Positions 17,304 through 26,468 are shown, counted from the stretch's first letter. The stretch: DNA of 32,000 nt from Nitrosococcus oceani ATCC 19707 (GCF_000012805.1 NC_007484.1:2760001-2792000); one strand, 5' to 3'. The notes: a model not told the origin generated them from the sequence alone. Made by a program: numbers and translations.

Positions 17304-18224
17304 ATGGAAATGACAGTACCGCATTTTTTGACCTTATTCGACCTGCCAGCCGATGAAATCAGGCAATTAGTGCGCCGAGCTATTGATCTCAAGGCATTGC
17401 AGCGGCAAGGAAAAATCTATGAGCCACTAAAAAACCAAGTATTGGGGATGTTATTTGAGAAATCTTCTACCCGCACCCGTGTTTCCTTTGAGGTGGGCAT
17501 GATCCAACTAGGCGGCAATGCGGTTTTCCTTTCACCTCGAGATACCCAATTAGGACGGGGAGAACCGTTAGAGGATACTGCTCGGGTTCTCTCCCGGATG
17601 GTGGACTGTCTAATGGTCCGCACCTTTTCCCACTCCATGCTGGAACATTTCTCCGCCTACTCTCAGGTACCCGTAATCAATGCCCTGACGGACAGCTATC
17701 ACCCTTGCCAATTGCTGGCAGATATCCAAACCTACTTCGAACATCGGGGAGATATTCAGGGTCGGACTGTAGCTTGGATAGGAGACGGCAATAATATGTG
17801 CCAATCCTATATTAATGCGGCCTGCCAATTCGATTTTCAGCTACATATTGCCACGCCAGCGGGCTATGGGCCTGATCCTGCTATTTTACAAATGGCTAGG
17901 GAGCGAGTACAAATCATAGCAGAACCGCGGGAGGCGGTTAGAGGGGCTGATCTAGTCGTTACCGACGTTTGGACCAGCATGGGGCAAGAAAAAGAAAAAC
18001 ACCGCCGACTTCAAGATCTTGCTGATTACCAAGTCAATGGCGAGCTAATGTCCCTGGCCAAACGGGATGCGCTTTTCATGCACTGTCTCCCCGCTCACCG
18101 GGGTGAGGAAGTCAGCGCGGAAGTCATTGATGGTCCCCAAAGCGTAGTCTGGGATGAAGCTGAAAACCGCCTCCATGCCCAAAAGGCTTTATTGGAAAAA
18201 CTACTCATAGGCGGGCCATTATAA
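17304..18224 (+). CDS. argF: ornithine carbamoyltransferase
   Basis: 306 aa. [10 protein letters not shown] (carbamoyl-phosphate site), [30 protein letters not shown]. Confidence 0.9.
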   Translation: MEMTVPHFLTLFDLPADEIRQLVRRAIDLKALQRQGKIYEPLKNQVLGMLFEKSSTRTRVSFEVGMIQLGGNAVFLSPRDTQLGRGEPLEDTARVLSRMVDCLMVRTFSHSMLEHFSAYSQVPVINALTDSYHPCQLLADIQTYFEHRGDIQGRTVAWIGDGNNMCQSYINAACQFDFQLHIATPAGYGPDPAILQMARERVQIIAEPREAVRGADLVVTDVWTSMGQEKEKHRRLQDLADYQVNGELMSLAKRDALFMHCLPAHRGEEVSAEVIDGPQSVVWDEAENRLHAQKALLEKLLIGGPL

Positions 18225-18266
18225 GTATCGCAGAATCCTTTTGCTATACCGGACTTACAAAATTGG

Positions 18267-18950
<684 letters not shown>

Positions 18951-19922
18951 TCACTGATTCGAGAAATCCCTTAACACCCCGTCCAATTCAGCGAGTTCCC
19001 CATACCGGCGGGCTACAGTGCGGATATAACCCAAAGTCCGGGGAATATCCTTAAGATAGCCTGACTTTTTATCCCGGACATTCAAACGGGCAAAGATCCC
19101 GCTTGCCTTTAAATGGCGCTGCACCCCCATCCAGTCGAACCAACGCAGAAACTCTGCTTCGCTAGCTCCTACCGGAATGCCTGCCCGGGCAGCTTGCCGC
19201 CGATAATCATAGAGCCAAACGAGAACCCTATCTTGGGGCCAGGCAATATAGCAGTCCCGCAATAAAGACACTAAATCATAGGTTACCGGACCCTTCACCG
19301 CATCCTGGAAATCTAAAACCCCCGGATTAGCTTGCTCTGTCATCATGAGGTTGCGAGAATGGTAATCTCGGTGTACCGGCACCTGGGGTTGCGCTAGGGC
19401 GGAGGCGGCGAGCCGTTCAAATACTTTCTCTAAGGTCGTCCCCACCTCGATTCCTAAGTGCCGCTCCAAATACCATTCCTGGAATAATCCCATCTCTTTC
19501 AGCAGTAAATCCTGGTCATAGGGGGGTAAATGCAGTCCTTGGGCATTCTCCCCTCCCTGAAGCAACCGCAGAGCCACTAAGGCATCCCTGTAGAGCGTTG
19601 AGGCATTACGGGCGTTCAAGACTCTTAGATATTGATGCTCCCCCAAATCGGTAAGCAGCAAAAAGCCCCGCTCTAAATCCTGCTCCAGCACTTCCGGCAC
19701 ATTCAGCCCCAAGCCGCGAAACCCACGGGCAACATGGACAAAAGACCGGCAATCCTCCCGCTCCGGCGGAGCATCCATGACAATTAGACTCATCCCACGG
19801 TAATATACCCGAAAGTAGCGCCGAAAACTGGCATCCTCCGAGGCCGGTGCCAGGCGGTAGTTCATTAAGCCAAGCCCCCGCTCCAACCATTGCTGCAAGG
19901 CATCAAAGCGTGGATCGGACAC
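18951..19922 (-). CDS. amgK: anomeric MurNAc/GlcNAc kinase AmgK (aminoglycoside phosphotransferase fold)
   Basis: 323 aa. SEDASFRRYFRV, IVMDAPPEREDC, VHRDYHSRNLM, LDFQDA. APH-fold catalytic motifs plus the murU neighbour. Confidence 0.7.
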   Translation of the reverse strand: MSDPRFDALQQWLERGLGLMNYRLAPASEDASFRRYFRVYYRGMSLIVMDAPPEREDCRSFVHVARGFRGLGLNVPEVLEQDLERGFLLLTDLGEHQYLRVLNARNASTLYRDALVALRLLQGGENAQGLHLPPYDQDLLLKEMGLFQEWYLERHLGIEVGTTLEKVFERLAASALAQPQVPVHRDYHSRNLMMTEQANPGVLDFQDAVKGPVTYDLVSLLRDCYIAWPQDRVLVWLYDYRRQAARAGIPVGASEAEFLRWFDWMGVQRHLKASGIFARLNVRDKKSGYLKDIPRTLGYIRTVARRYGELAELDGVLRDFSNQ

Positions 19923-19951
19923 CTTTTCCCTCTTTAATTTTAAAGTAGTTA

Positions 19952-19980
19952 TTGACCCTAAAAGGGTCTAGCCGTAAAAT
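19952..19980 (+). promoter_or_regulatory. near-consensus sigma-70 promoter for tRNA-Val
   Basis: TTGACC, 17 nt, TAAAAT, ending 14 nt before the mature tRNA 5' end. Confidence 0.5.
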
Positions 19981-19994
19981 TCAGGATTGATTTA

Positions 19995-20069
19995 GGGCGA
20001 TTAGCTCAGCGGGAGAGCACTGCCTTCACACGGCAGGGGTCACTGGTTCAATCCCAGTATCGCCCACCA
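19995..20069 (+). tRNA. tRNA-Val (anticodon CAC), CCA encoded
   Basis: Manual cloverleaf: acceptor gggcgat/atcgccc, D arm gctc-agcggga-gagc, anticodon arm ctgcc-ttCACac-ggcag, variable gggtc, T arm actgg-ttcaatc-ccagt, discriminator a, CCA. Confidence 0.9.
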
Positions 20070-20251
20070 ATAAAATTAATTATTTCCTCCCTGTATCCAG
20101 TCCCGCCTGTTTGAGGTGCTAGAGGGGGGGTGCATCCCCTAGCCCTACGCTACCCTCTTCCATTCACAGGTACTTAACTTCATTTTTCAGTTTCTGTTCA
20201 GCTTCAATGGTTATCCTGACGTCAAGCTGAAACGATAAGGAGTAAATAGTC

Positions 20252-20416
20252 ATGAAAAGTGAATCCAACAACACCTTCGAATATGCAAATACTGACTCAC
20301 CTGAGCACTCGAAATCACACGCTCCCAAAAAGCGTAAAGCTAGCGAATCACCGCTTAATTCCTTGTTCTTAGTCTTTTACATCATGCTAATTCTCATTCT
20401 AATAAGTCTAGCATAG
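20252..20416 (+). CDS. candidate 54-aa tail-anchored membrane miniprotein (not in the ORF track, under 60 aa)
   Basis: AAGGAG lies 9 nt upstream of the ATG. MKSESNNTFEYANTDSPEHSKSHAPKKRKASESPLNSLFLVFYIMLILILISLA*: a hydrophilic, basic N-part and one C-terminal hydrophobic helix. No homology recognised. Confidence 0.35.
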   Translation: MKSESNNTFEYANTDSPEHSKSHAPKKRKASESPLNSLFLVFYIMLILILISLA

Positions 20417-20509
20417 CCTAACTTTTCACCTACTTCTCTTTAAACAAGCACGGGCACTTCATGATGGGGGTGCCCGTATGTATCGTTAACTTAGACTCCC
20501 AAATAAATT

Positions 20510-21238
20510 TTAGGATCGCCTTAGTTTGCGCCACCAAGAGCTAAAGCCATTTTTCCGCTTTCCTTCTGGCTGATTTTTTGGCGGTATTTCTGCTTCTACT
20601 TCTTTCTCCTCTATTTCTAGATTTTTCTCTGTCTCCTCGGAGATTTTTTCAAGGAAATCTTGAAACCATTTCTCACTTTTAACGTTATCCAGATCCTGAT
20701 CTACTTTAAGATATTTTATTGAAGGAAGATTACCCGCTAGATGAGCTTGCTCTAAATATTTTTGGCATGCCTTTTGTTCCCTACGCAAACTATGAATACA
20801 AGCTAAATTATAGGCGCCCAATCCCGGCTCCAAGGCATCGGCGGCAGTAATTTTTTCTTTCGCTTCTTCATAAAAACTTTCGGCGCGCTTATCGGGTTTA
20901 TTTCTAGCCTGCTCAATTAAGGCCGCCCCCCAATCGTTCATGATTTTAGCGTTATCCGGTTCAAGATTAAGCGCCTTTTCAAATTTTTCCCCTGCCGCCT
21001 GATAGAGCTCCTTGGCTTCTCTACCCTGCTTGCGCTGAGCCTGGTCATACAGCACTAAGCCCCAATAATGAAGAATTCCTCCATTATCAGAATCCAGCAA
21101 AGCAGCCGAAGATAATTTCTTATAAGCATTTTTAAAAAAATCGTCTGCTTTAGAATCCAGTGTTTCTCTCGCTTTTTGGGCTTGCAATTTTCCCCGAGCC
21201 AGTTCATTTCTGGCCAACCATCGCTTAATTTTTTTCAT
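20510..21238 (-). CDS. TPR-repeat protein (TPR end-of-group-like domain) with a lysine/glutamate-rich tail
   Basis: 242 aa and very AT-rich (about 32% G+C in the one 60-nt line I counted, 20641-20700). Repeated A..Y..A...F.KAL...P motifs. YNLACIHSLRREQKACQKYLEQAHLAGNLP...LKVDQDLDNVKSEKWFQDFL resembles the terminal TPR cap motif. Confidence 0.7.
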   Translation of the reverse strand: MKKIKRWLARNELARGKLQAQKARETLDSKADDFFKNAYKKLSSAALLDSDNGGILHYWGLVLYDQAQRKQGREAKELYQAAGEKFEKALNLEPDNAKIMNDWGAALIEQARNKPDKRAESFYEEAKEKITAADALEPGLGAYNLACIHSLRREQKACQKYLEQAHLAGNLPSIKYLKVDQDLDNVKSEKWFQDFLEKISEETEKNLEIEEKEVEAEIPPKNQPEGKRKNGFSSWWRKLRRS

Positions 21239-21833
21239 TTACAGCTTCCCATTAATATGATTAAAACTTATTTTTCTAATTCTCCTATACCAAAATATGC
21301 CCTTCGTACCAGTTACTAGCTGGAATATGGCGAGGATTTCCTCTAGATTCGTACCCTCTAACGGTCTTGGAATACAGCCATTTTATCCAATAACAAAGGG
21401 TAGTGTCTTCTTTTTCTCTAAAGGAGCAGGAACAAAAGGACATGTCCGCTTTTATTCCTGGATTTTTGACTGAGAAACAAGTCCCGATTCGAGTCGTCTT
21501 GCAGAAATGCTCGTAGTTACTAATAGTGACTATTTCGCCCCTTCCTTAGATTATTCCATAATCGCCGCAGCGATCCGCTCGAGTCCAGCCAACAATAGCT
21601 GGAAGCTAGCTGATTGATTACGTTCCTGAGTCAAATACATAGCCATGCGACGGGCACCCGATACTTTAATCCTGTAGCGGGGCGCTGTATAGCGTCAGTA
21701 ATTCGGAATTCAGCCTGCCTGCTAATGCTACGCAACGCCTTGTTAGCAAAAGGCATCCGCCAGTTCTTCTGGCTCACCTAGCTACCAAGACTCAAACGCC
21801 TGACAAGCAATTCGGATCGATGTATCCGAGCGC

Positions 21834-22185
21834 TTACCCTCGGTGGACTTGACTTTCACTTTGCTCACCCCTAACACGCGCTGGCGCATCACTTCCAGCG
21901 TGTTGATAAGCTGCCAAGCGACCACCGTTCTCACGGAACTTCACCCTAATACCTTTTAGCCCACCCTTACCATAGCTCCCCAGCTCTCGAAACCCATCTA
22001 CCATATCGAGCAACCGCCTGGAGCACATTCTGGCTAAGGACTTCCTTCAGGAAGCTGAGGACATCGAATAGCATTGACTTGCCCGAACCGTTGTCGCCGC
22101 CAACGATTGTAAGGGGAGGCAGTTTCGAAAGTTTAGCATTACGGAACAAGCAGTAGTTTTCAATCTCTAGTGCTTCGATCTGCAT
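21834..22185 (-). pseudogene. frameshifted, truncated N-terminal stump of an AAA/ABC-type ATPase (AAA_15/AAA_21-like, as in many defence or abortive-infection modules)
   Basis: ORF 21967..22185: MQIEALEIENYCLFRNAKLSKLPPLTIVGGDNGSGKSMLFDVLSFLKEVLSQNV (Walker A GDNGSGKS). It continues in another frame (ORF 21834..22028): LLDMVDGFRELGSYGKGGLKGIRVKFRENGG..., then stops. Downstream, 21290-21830 holds only stop-riddled fragments. Confidence 0.6.
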
Positions 22186-22518
22186 GCGCCGCTCCTTTTT
22201 AGATCATGGGGGCTAAACTGGCAGTGGCTCGGCTTCACCGTTTTCAGCACTCACTTCGAGAACGTACATGAGAAATAGCAGACGATTTTTCAAACAGCGA
22301 ACCCTGGATCGGTTGTGCGGCGATTCCTAAAATTTTCCCTCAAGCCTTTAGGGAAATTCCAATTCTATCTCAATTATTCCAACATGCTCCAGACTGAGCT
22401 TAAGCAATAATGACGCTAAAGTTGGTATCATAATGCCAACCTCTGTTTGATCTATAATACTTTTGGATACTTAGAAATCACCCTAGTAATGGCTAATCGT
22501 TATAGAGAGGAAAAAAAG

Positions 22519-22980
22519 ATGAAAAAATCCCTGAGATATTTTTGGATTTTCCTTCCCATTCTCGCAGTGGGTATAGTCGTGGCAAACAATCAATGGCTAA
22601 ATTCAAGCACAATTACCCTTCCCAACGGCGAGAAAGTCAGCCCGGAAGAGCTACACACTCAGGCCGTTCTTGATATCATTGCCGCCCAGACCAATAAGAC
22701 TCTGCCTAGAAAAGTTGACCAAAACACGGAGCTTCGCAATGTTGAGGGGCGAGAAGGAGAATTAGTTTATAAGTATATCAAAATACATGCTTCCTCGGAT
22801 CAATTCGATAGCCAAAAATTTGTAGAAAAAATGAGCCGAAAAGCACTTGATTTGGCCTGCAATAGCTCTGATTTCAATATCTATCTAGCGAATGGAGTTA
22901 GCGCCCGCTACTCTTTCCATGACAAGAACCATCAGCCTATCGGTGAAGTGGTGGTCACCCCAAGTCAATGTGGTTATTAG
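22519..22980 (+). CDS. hypothetical exported or membrane-anchored protein
   Basis: The start MKKSLRYFWIFLPILAVGIVVA (signal/anchor) follows GAGAGG. 153 aa with two Cys residues (LDLACNSS ... PSQCGY). No confident family assignment. Confidence 0.6.
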   Translation: MKKSLRYFWIFLPILAVGIVVANNQWLNSSTITLPNGEKVSPEELHTQAVLDIIAAQTNKTLPRKVDQNTELRNVEGREGELVYKYIKIHASSDQFDSQKFVEKMSRKALDLACNSSDFNIYLANGVSARYSFHDKNHQPIGEVVVTPSQCGY

Positions 22981-23058
22981 GAGTTTTTGCCGCTGCAGTG
23001 CTCAATTAATTTTTCTTGGCCTTTTTCTCAGCAAAAGAGATTTAGCGATTTAACCAAA

Positions 23059-23895
23059 TTACTGCGTAGCCCCAGTCGGCATCGGCGCAACTAAGAGCTG
23101 AGGATCAAGCCGGGTTTGAAAAAGATTGATCCGCCAATCCAGATGAGCGCCGGTAACCCGACCCGTAGCCCCAACTTCGGCAATGACTTCTCCTTGGGTT
23201 ATTTGTTGGCCTTCTTTTACCAGGATTCGATGCAAATGCAAAAATGCGGATGAAAGCCCATATCCATGATCGAGAATAAGGGTTCCTCCCGAAAAAAACA
23301 TACCAGAATGGACCAGGGTAACCAACCCATCCGCTGGGGCTCGCACGGGCGTTCCGATAGGCGCCGCGATATCAATTCCATAATGGGGTCGCCGAGGCTG
23401 TCCATTTAATATTCGCTGACTCCCATAAACGCCCGAAATGGTACCTTGCACGGGCCAGATAAATCCACTGAGAAAACCGGTGCGCGAATCATCGAGCTCC
23501 CGCGCCTTCCTGACCAGAGCAGCCTCTTGGCGAATACGCGCCAAATCCTCGGTGCGAGGAGTTACTTTTCGGGAGGGTAACCCTTCAATGCGCTGGATTT
23601 GATATTGGCGCTGGGCAACCTTAAGTTCTCGGGTTTCATAAGTGCCATCGGGGGTAACGAGCTTAAGAATCGACTCGGGCTTGGCATCGCGGCCAAAACC
23701 GATTAAAAACTTCCCGTCTTTGGAGACTCGCACCTGGCGCCCATCCAGGAATATTTGTGTTCCTGGTTCCGTTTGCCCAATGACCAAACTCCCTTGTTGC
23801 AAAATTCCCTTGAACTCCAGCGCTGGTTCTGCCCTCCATGCTGAGCTAAGGAATAGCCACCCAAACCCTAACAATCCCATCAACCCATGTATCAT
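23059..23895 (-). CDS. M23-family metallopeptidase (murein DD-endopeptidase-like)
   Basis: 278 aa with a signal peptide. HYGIDIAAPIGTPVRAPADG and HGYGLSSAFLHLHRILVKEGQQITQGEVIAEVGATGRVTGAHLDW are canonical M23 motifs (HxxxD, HxH). Confidence 0.85.
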   Translation of the reverse strand: MIHGLMGLLGFGWLFLSSAWRAEPALEFKGILQQGSLVIGQTEPGTQIFLDGRQVRVSKDGKFLIGFGRDAKPESILKLVTPDGTYETRELKVAQRQYQIQRIEGLPSRKVTPRTEDLARIRQEAALVRKARELDDSRTGFLSGFIWPVQGTISGVYGSQRILNGQPRRPHYGIDIAAPIGTPVRAPADGLVTLVHSGMFFSGGTLILDHGYGLSSAFLHLHRILVKEGQQITQGEVIAEVGATGRVTGAHLDWRINLFQTRLDPQLLVAPMPTGATQ

Positions 23896-23937
23896 CAGCC
23901 TATTCCTTCCTCGTTTTATTATGGGCCTTTTTGCTTC

Positions 23938-24174
23938 TCAGGACTTAGATCGCCATTTGGCTATCTCAGGCACTTGATCAATACCGCCAGGGCAAAAGGG
24001 ATGGCAGCGTAAAAGGCGCCTCAATCCTAACCAACCACCCCGAAATCCGCCATAACGCTGGATAGCCTCCTGAGTATATACTGAGCAGGAAGGATAATAG
24101 CGACAATGATTGCCCATGAAGGGGCTAAGGGCATAGCGGTAAAATATGATTAGAGACAGCAGAATATTTTTCAT
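23938..24174 (-). CDS. yidD: membrane protein insertion efficiency factor YidD
   Basis: 78 aa. [49 protein letters not shown] is the YidD signature. Confidence 0.9.
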   Translation of the reverse strand: MKNILLSLIIFYRYALSPFMGNHCRYYPSCSVYTQEAIQRYGGFRGGWLGLRRLLRCHPFCPGGIDQVPEIAKWRSKS

Positions 24175-24782
24175 TTACCCATATCGCTCCATACTATAAA
24201 TTTCTCATGCTTCTCCCTCTGGGAAACGGCCCTCTCTCCAGATGTTAAAATAACCAGAATCCAGTACAGTACTAACTAACAACCAGTAATTCTGATGCTT
24301 TTAATGTAACCTCCGAACCAAGAAAAAACGGCGAGGGGGCTTCTTCCCGATAGCTAAATAAAATTTCGACCCGTATACTTAAATTAGTCTATTTCCTCTA
24401 CTGGCATGACTATAATATATACTGTATAAGTAGTTCTAATTATATAAAAAATGATCAGCTTTCCCCTAGAAGGCAGATCCTCTCTTCTGGGAATGGTGGA
24501 AGTTATCGAGACGGAAAGCTGGAACCGTGGTTCCCGGAGAATTACCCTTAAGAATGACAGCAACACAGCAAATATCCCAAAGAATTTCACTATCCCTCTA
24601 CCAGAGGCACGGGAGAAAAACCCTGAGCAGCCTCCATAAACTACAAACTACGTTCCACTTGTATACTCTTTCTGTTTATGCGCCGAATAGTCTATAAATC
24701 AAGCCATCTAGACCAGTACGGCGGGATAATCTATCCATCTCAACGTCTTAATTGAAGCCAACTTTGTCGGAGAGGCACCCGT

Positions 24783-25331
24783 ATGCAATTACCTATACAA
24801 ATTAGCTTTCGCCATATGGAGCCGTCCCTAGCTGTAGAGGACAAAATTCGCAAAAAAGCCGCTAAATTAGAGCAATTTCACGATCGGATCATGGGCTGCC
24901 GAGTGGTAGTCGAAGCTCCCCACCAGCATCATCACCAGGGCAAACTTTACCATGTTCGTATCGACCTGACAGTGCCAGGAGGAGAATTGGTAGTCAGTCG
25001 CGAACATCATGGGAAGCAAGCTCATCAAGACGTATATGTTGCCATCCGAGACGCCTTTAATGCCGCGCAGCGCCAACTTGAAAGCCACATCCAACGGCAA
25101 CGGGGCCATGTTAAATATCATGAGCCGCCACCCTCTGGCCGTATATCAGTGCTCGTCCCTGAACAAGACTACGGTAAAATTGAAACCATTGATGGCCGGG
25201 AAATTTATTTCCACAAGAATAGCATCCTGAATGGGGGATTTAAGGAGCTCAAAGTTGGCAATGAGGTACATTTCATTGAAGAAGAGGGAGATTTAGGTCC
25301 TCAGGCAAGTACTGTCCATATTAAGAACTAA
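24783..25331 (+). CDS. HPF/RaiA-type (S30AE) ribosome-associated domain fused to a C-terminal cold-shock-like OB domain
   Basis: Residues 1-~110 (IQISFRHMEPSLAVEDKIRKKAAKLEQF...YHVRIDLTVPGGELVV...DVYVAIRDAFNAAQRQLE) follow the RaiA/HPF pattern. Residues ~118-180 (GRISVLVPEQDYGKIETIDGREIYFHKNSILNGGFKELKVGNEVHFIEEEGDLGPQASTV) align position by position with CspA (G.V.WF...KGFGFI..DDG..DVFVH.S.I...G...L..GQ.V.F....G.KGP.A..V). GGAGAGG RBS. Confidence 0.8.
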   Translation: MQLPIQISFRHMEPSLAVEDKIRKKAAKLEQFHDRIMGCRVVVEAPHQHHHQGKLYHVRIDLTVPGGELVVSREHHGKQAHQDVYVAIRDAFNAAQRQLESHIQRQRGHVKYHEPPPSGRISVLVPEQDYGKIETIDGREIYFHKNSILNGGFKELKVGNEVHFIEEEGDLGPQASTVHIKN

Positions 25332-25342
25332 AGTCTACACCT

Positions 25343-25379
25343 AGGACGGCGTTACGATTTATGATAAAAACGCCGTCCT
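25343..25379. terminator. 11-bp perfect hairpin between convergent genes (possible bidirectional terminator)
   Basis: aggacggcgtt, a 15-nt loop, then aacgccgtcct. There is no strong T-run on either side. Confidence 0.4.
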
Positions 25380-25441
25380 TCCCTAAATCTACCCAGCGCT
25401 TTGCGATACCCTTCTTTTCCTTAGCCAAAATAGATAAGTAT

Positions 25442-25645
25442 TTACCTTTGAGGGAGATAAGCTAATTTTCTTATTCCCCGCTGGGATTTTTCCTCCTGGT
25501 GGCCGTTCCTTATCTCATGAATATAGTGCTGACACATCAATTCAGCTTCGCGCCTGGTATCAAAAGGACCCTTTTGACCTTCACGAGTAAGGAAATACCA
25601 TCCTCTTTGTGCAACGCAGCGGAATCGAGTCTGTTTTCTAACCAT
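25442..25645 (-). CDS. small conserved-looking protein (67 aa) with an RF..GWYF.TREG..GPF motif
   Basis: MVRKQTRFRCVAQRGWYFLTREGQKGPFDTRREAELMCQHYIHEI... An AAGGTG RBS precedes the ATG at 25645; the track ORF start at 25663 is an upstream extension. It resembles a small DUF family of Gammaproteobacteria, name not certain. Confidence 0.55.
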   Translation of the reverse strand: MVRKQTRFRCVAQRGWYFLTREGQKGPFDTRREAELMCQHYIHEIRNGHQEEKSQRGIRKLAYLPQR

Positions 25646-25921
25646 GGCAACACCTTTAAGCAACAGTAAGTCACTTTAAAATAACAATAATACGCCGCAA
25701 AAGTGACGGGTTTTTAAAATGAAGTAGAATGATTGAAATGCGAACCATCAGCCCAAAAAAATTGGCGATAACCAACCAGCCCTCCTGATTAATGCTCATG
25801 CACTAAGCTATTAACTTAAATAGATAGTATAGATTCCGCGGAAAAACAAGGAAGAATGCTAGTGGGACGAAAAGCTGGCGGGGCAGCTTAGGAACGTACA
25901 GCTGGATCGCTTGCTGATCTT

Positions 25922-26465
25922 TCAAATTCGAATAGAATTAAAACCTGGCACCTGAGGGTGAGGGTGGGATACCCTGGGATTTGGTTTTTTGTTTCGAACT
26001 AACCATATTGTATTCATTCCCACCACGGCTGCCGCATTCAGTTCTTCCTCTGTATCAGACAGAAAAAGAATATCTTCGGATGGAACTCCAATGGCATCAA
26101 TAATGCACCGGTGCCTGAATCCCGCCAGGCCCGCAAATTGGGGCCAGCATCCGGGTAAATATGCCCGGTAAAATCGCTACGCTGGTAACCCGCCTCCCAC
26201 AACAGCCCTTGCAGAGATTTCAGCGCTGTCACCTTGGCGTCCACATCCATCCAGGCAAGCAGTTGACTAACAATTCCCGGCTGATCCAGCTTCTTATCCG
26301 GAACCGCCATCTGCACCTCCCTAAGCAAGGAGGCTACTACCGGATCTTCCGCTTGCTGCCTTACGAAATCGGCCACCCGCTCCCGCGCATAGAGAAATAG
26401 AACATCTTTTACAAAGGTAGAGAGGTGGTGGTTCCCTCGATATCGGTAATAACCGCTTGGATCAT
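25922..26465 (-). pseudogene. mtnC: enolase-phosphatase E1 (MtnC) pseudogene: early frameshift plus a ~45-codon internal deletion
   Basis: Minus strand: ATG at 26465 gives MIQAVITDIEGTTTSL then a stop. The shifted frame continues TFVKDVLFLYARERVADFVRQQAEDP...DAKVTALKSLQGLLWEAGYQRSDFTGHIYPDAGPNLRAWRDSG. The YSSGS...FDT segment is missing. A third frame gives IIDAIGVPSEDILFLSDTEEELNAAAVVGMNTIWLVR...*. Confidence 0.75.
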
Positions 26466-26468
26466 GAT

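Noticed and set aside
16737-17324. 195-aa minus-strand ORF overlapping argD
   Set aside because: It is antisense to intact argD, has no homology-like motifs, and its composition is that of a shadow frame.
20070-23060. attL/attR direct repeat of the tRNA-Val 3' end delimiting the island
   Set aside because: I found only a weak AT-rich similarity (aattaatt.ttt) near 23005-23020 and no copy of the tcaatcccagtatcgcccacca segment. That is insufficient to call an att site by eye.
24402-24417. Possible sigma-54 promoter (ctGGCATgactataat)
   Set aside because: It has the GG of the -24 element but lacks the TGC at -12 (TGGCAC-N5-TTGC). The TATAAT fits a sigma-70 -10 box instead.
24384-24639. ORFs 24384..24590 (-) and 24451..24639 (+) in the long yidD/HPF-CSD intergenic region
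   Set aside because: They have no RBS, mutually overlap, are AT-rich with odd composition, and show no recognisable family. The region is better explained as leader or ncRNA. I cannot fully exclude a small protein.
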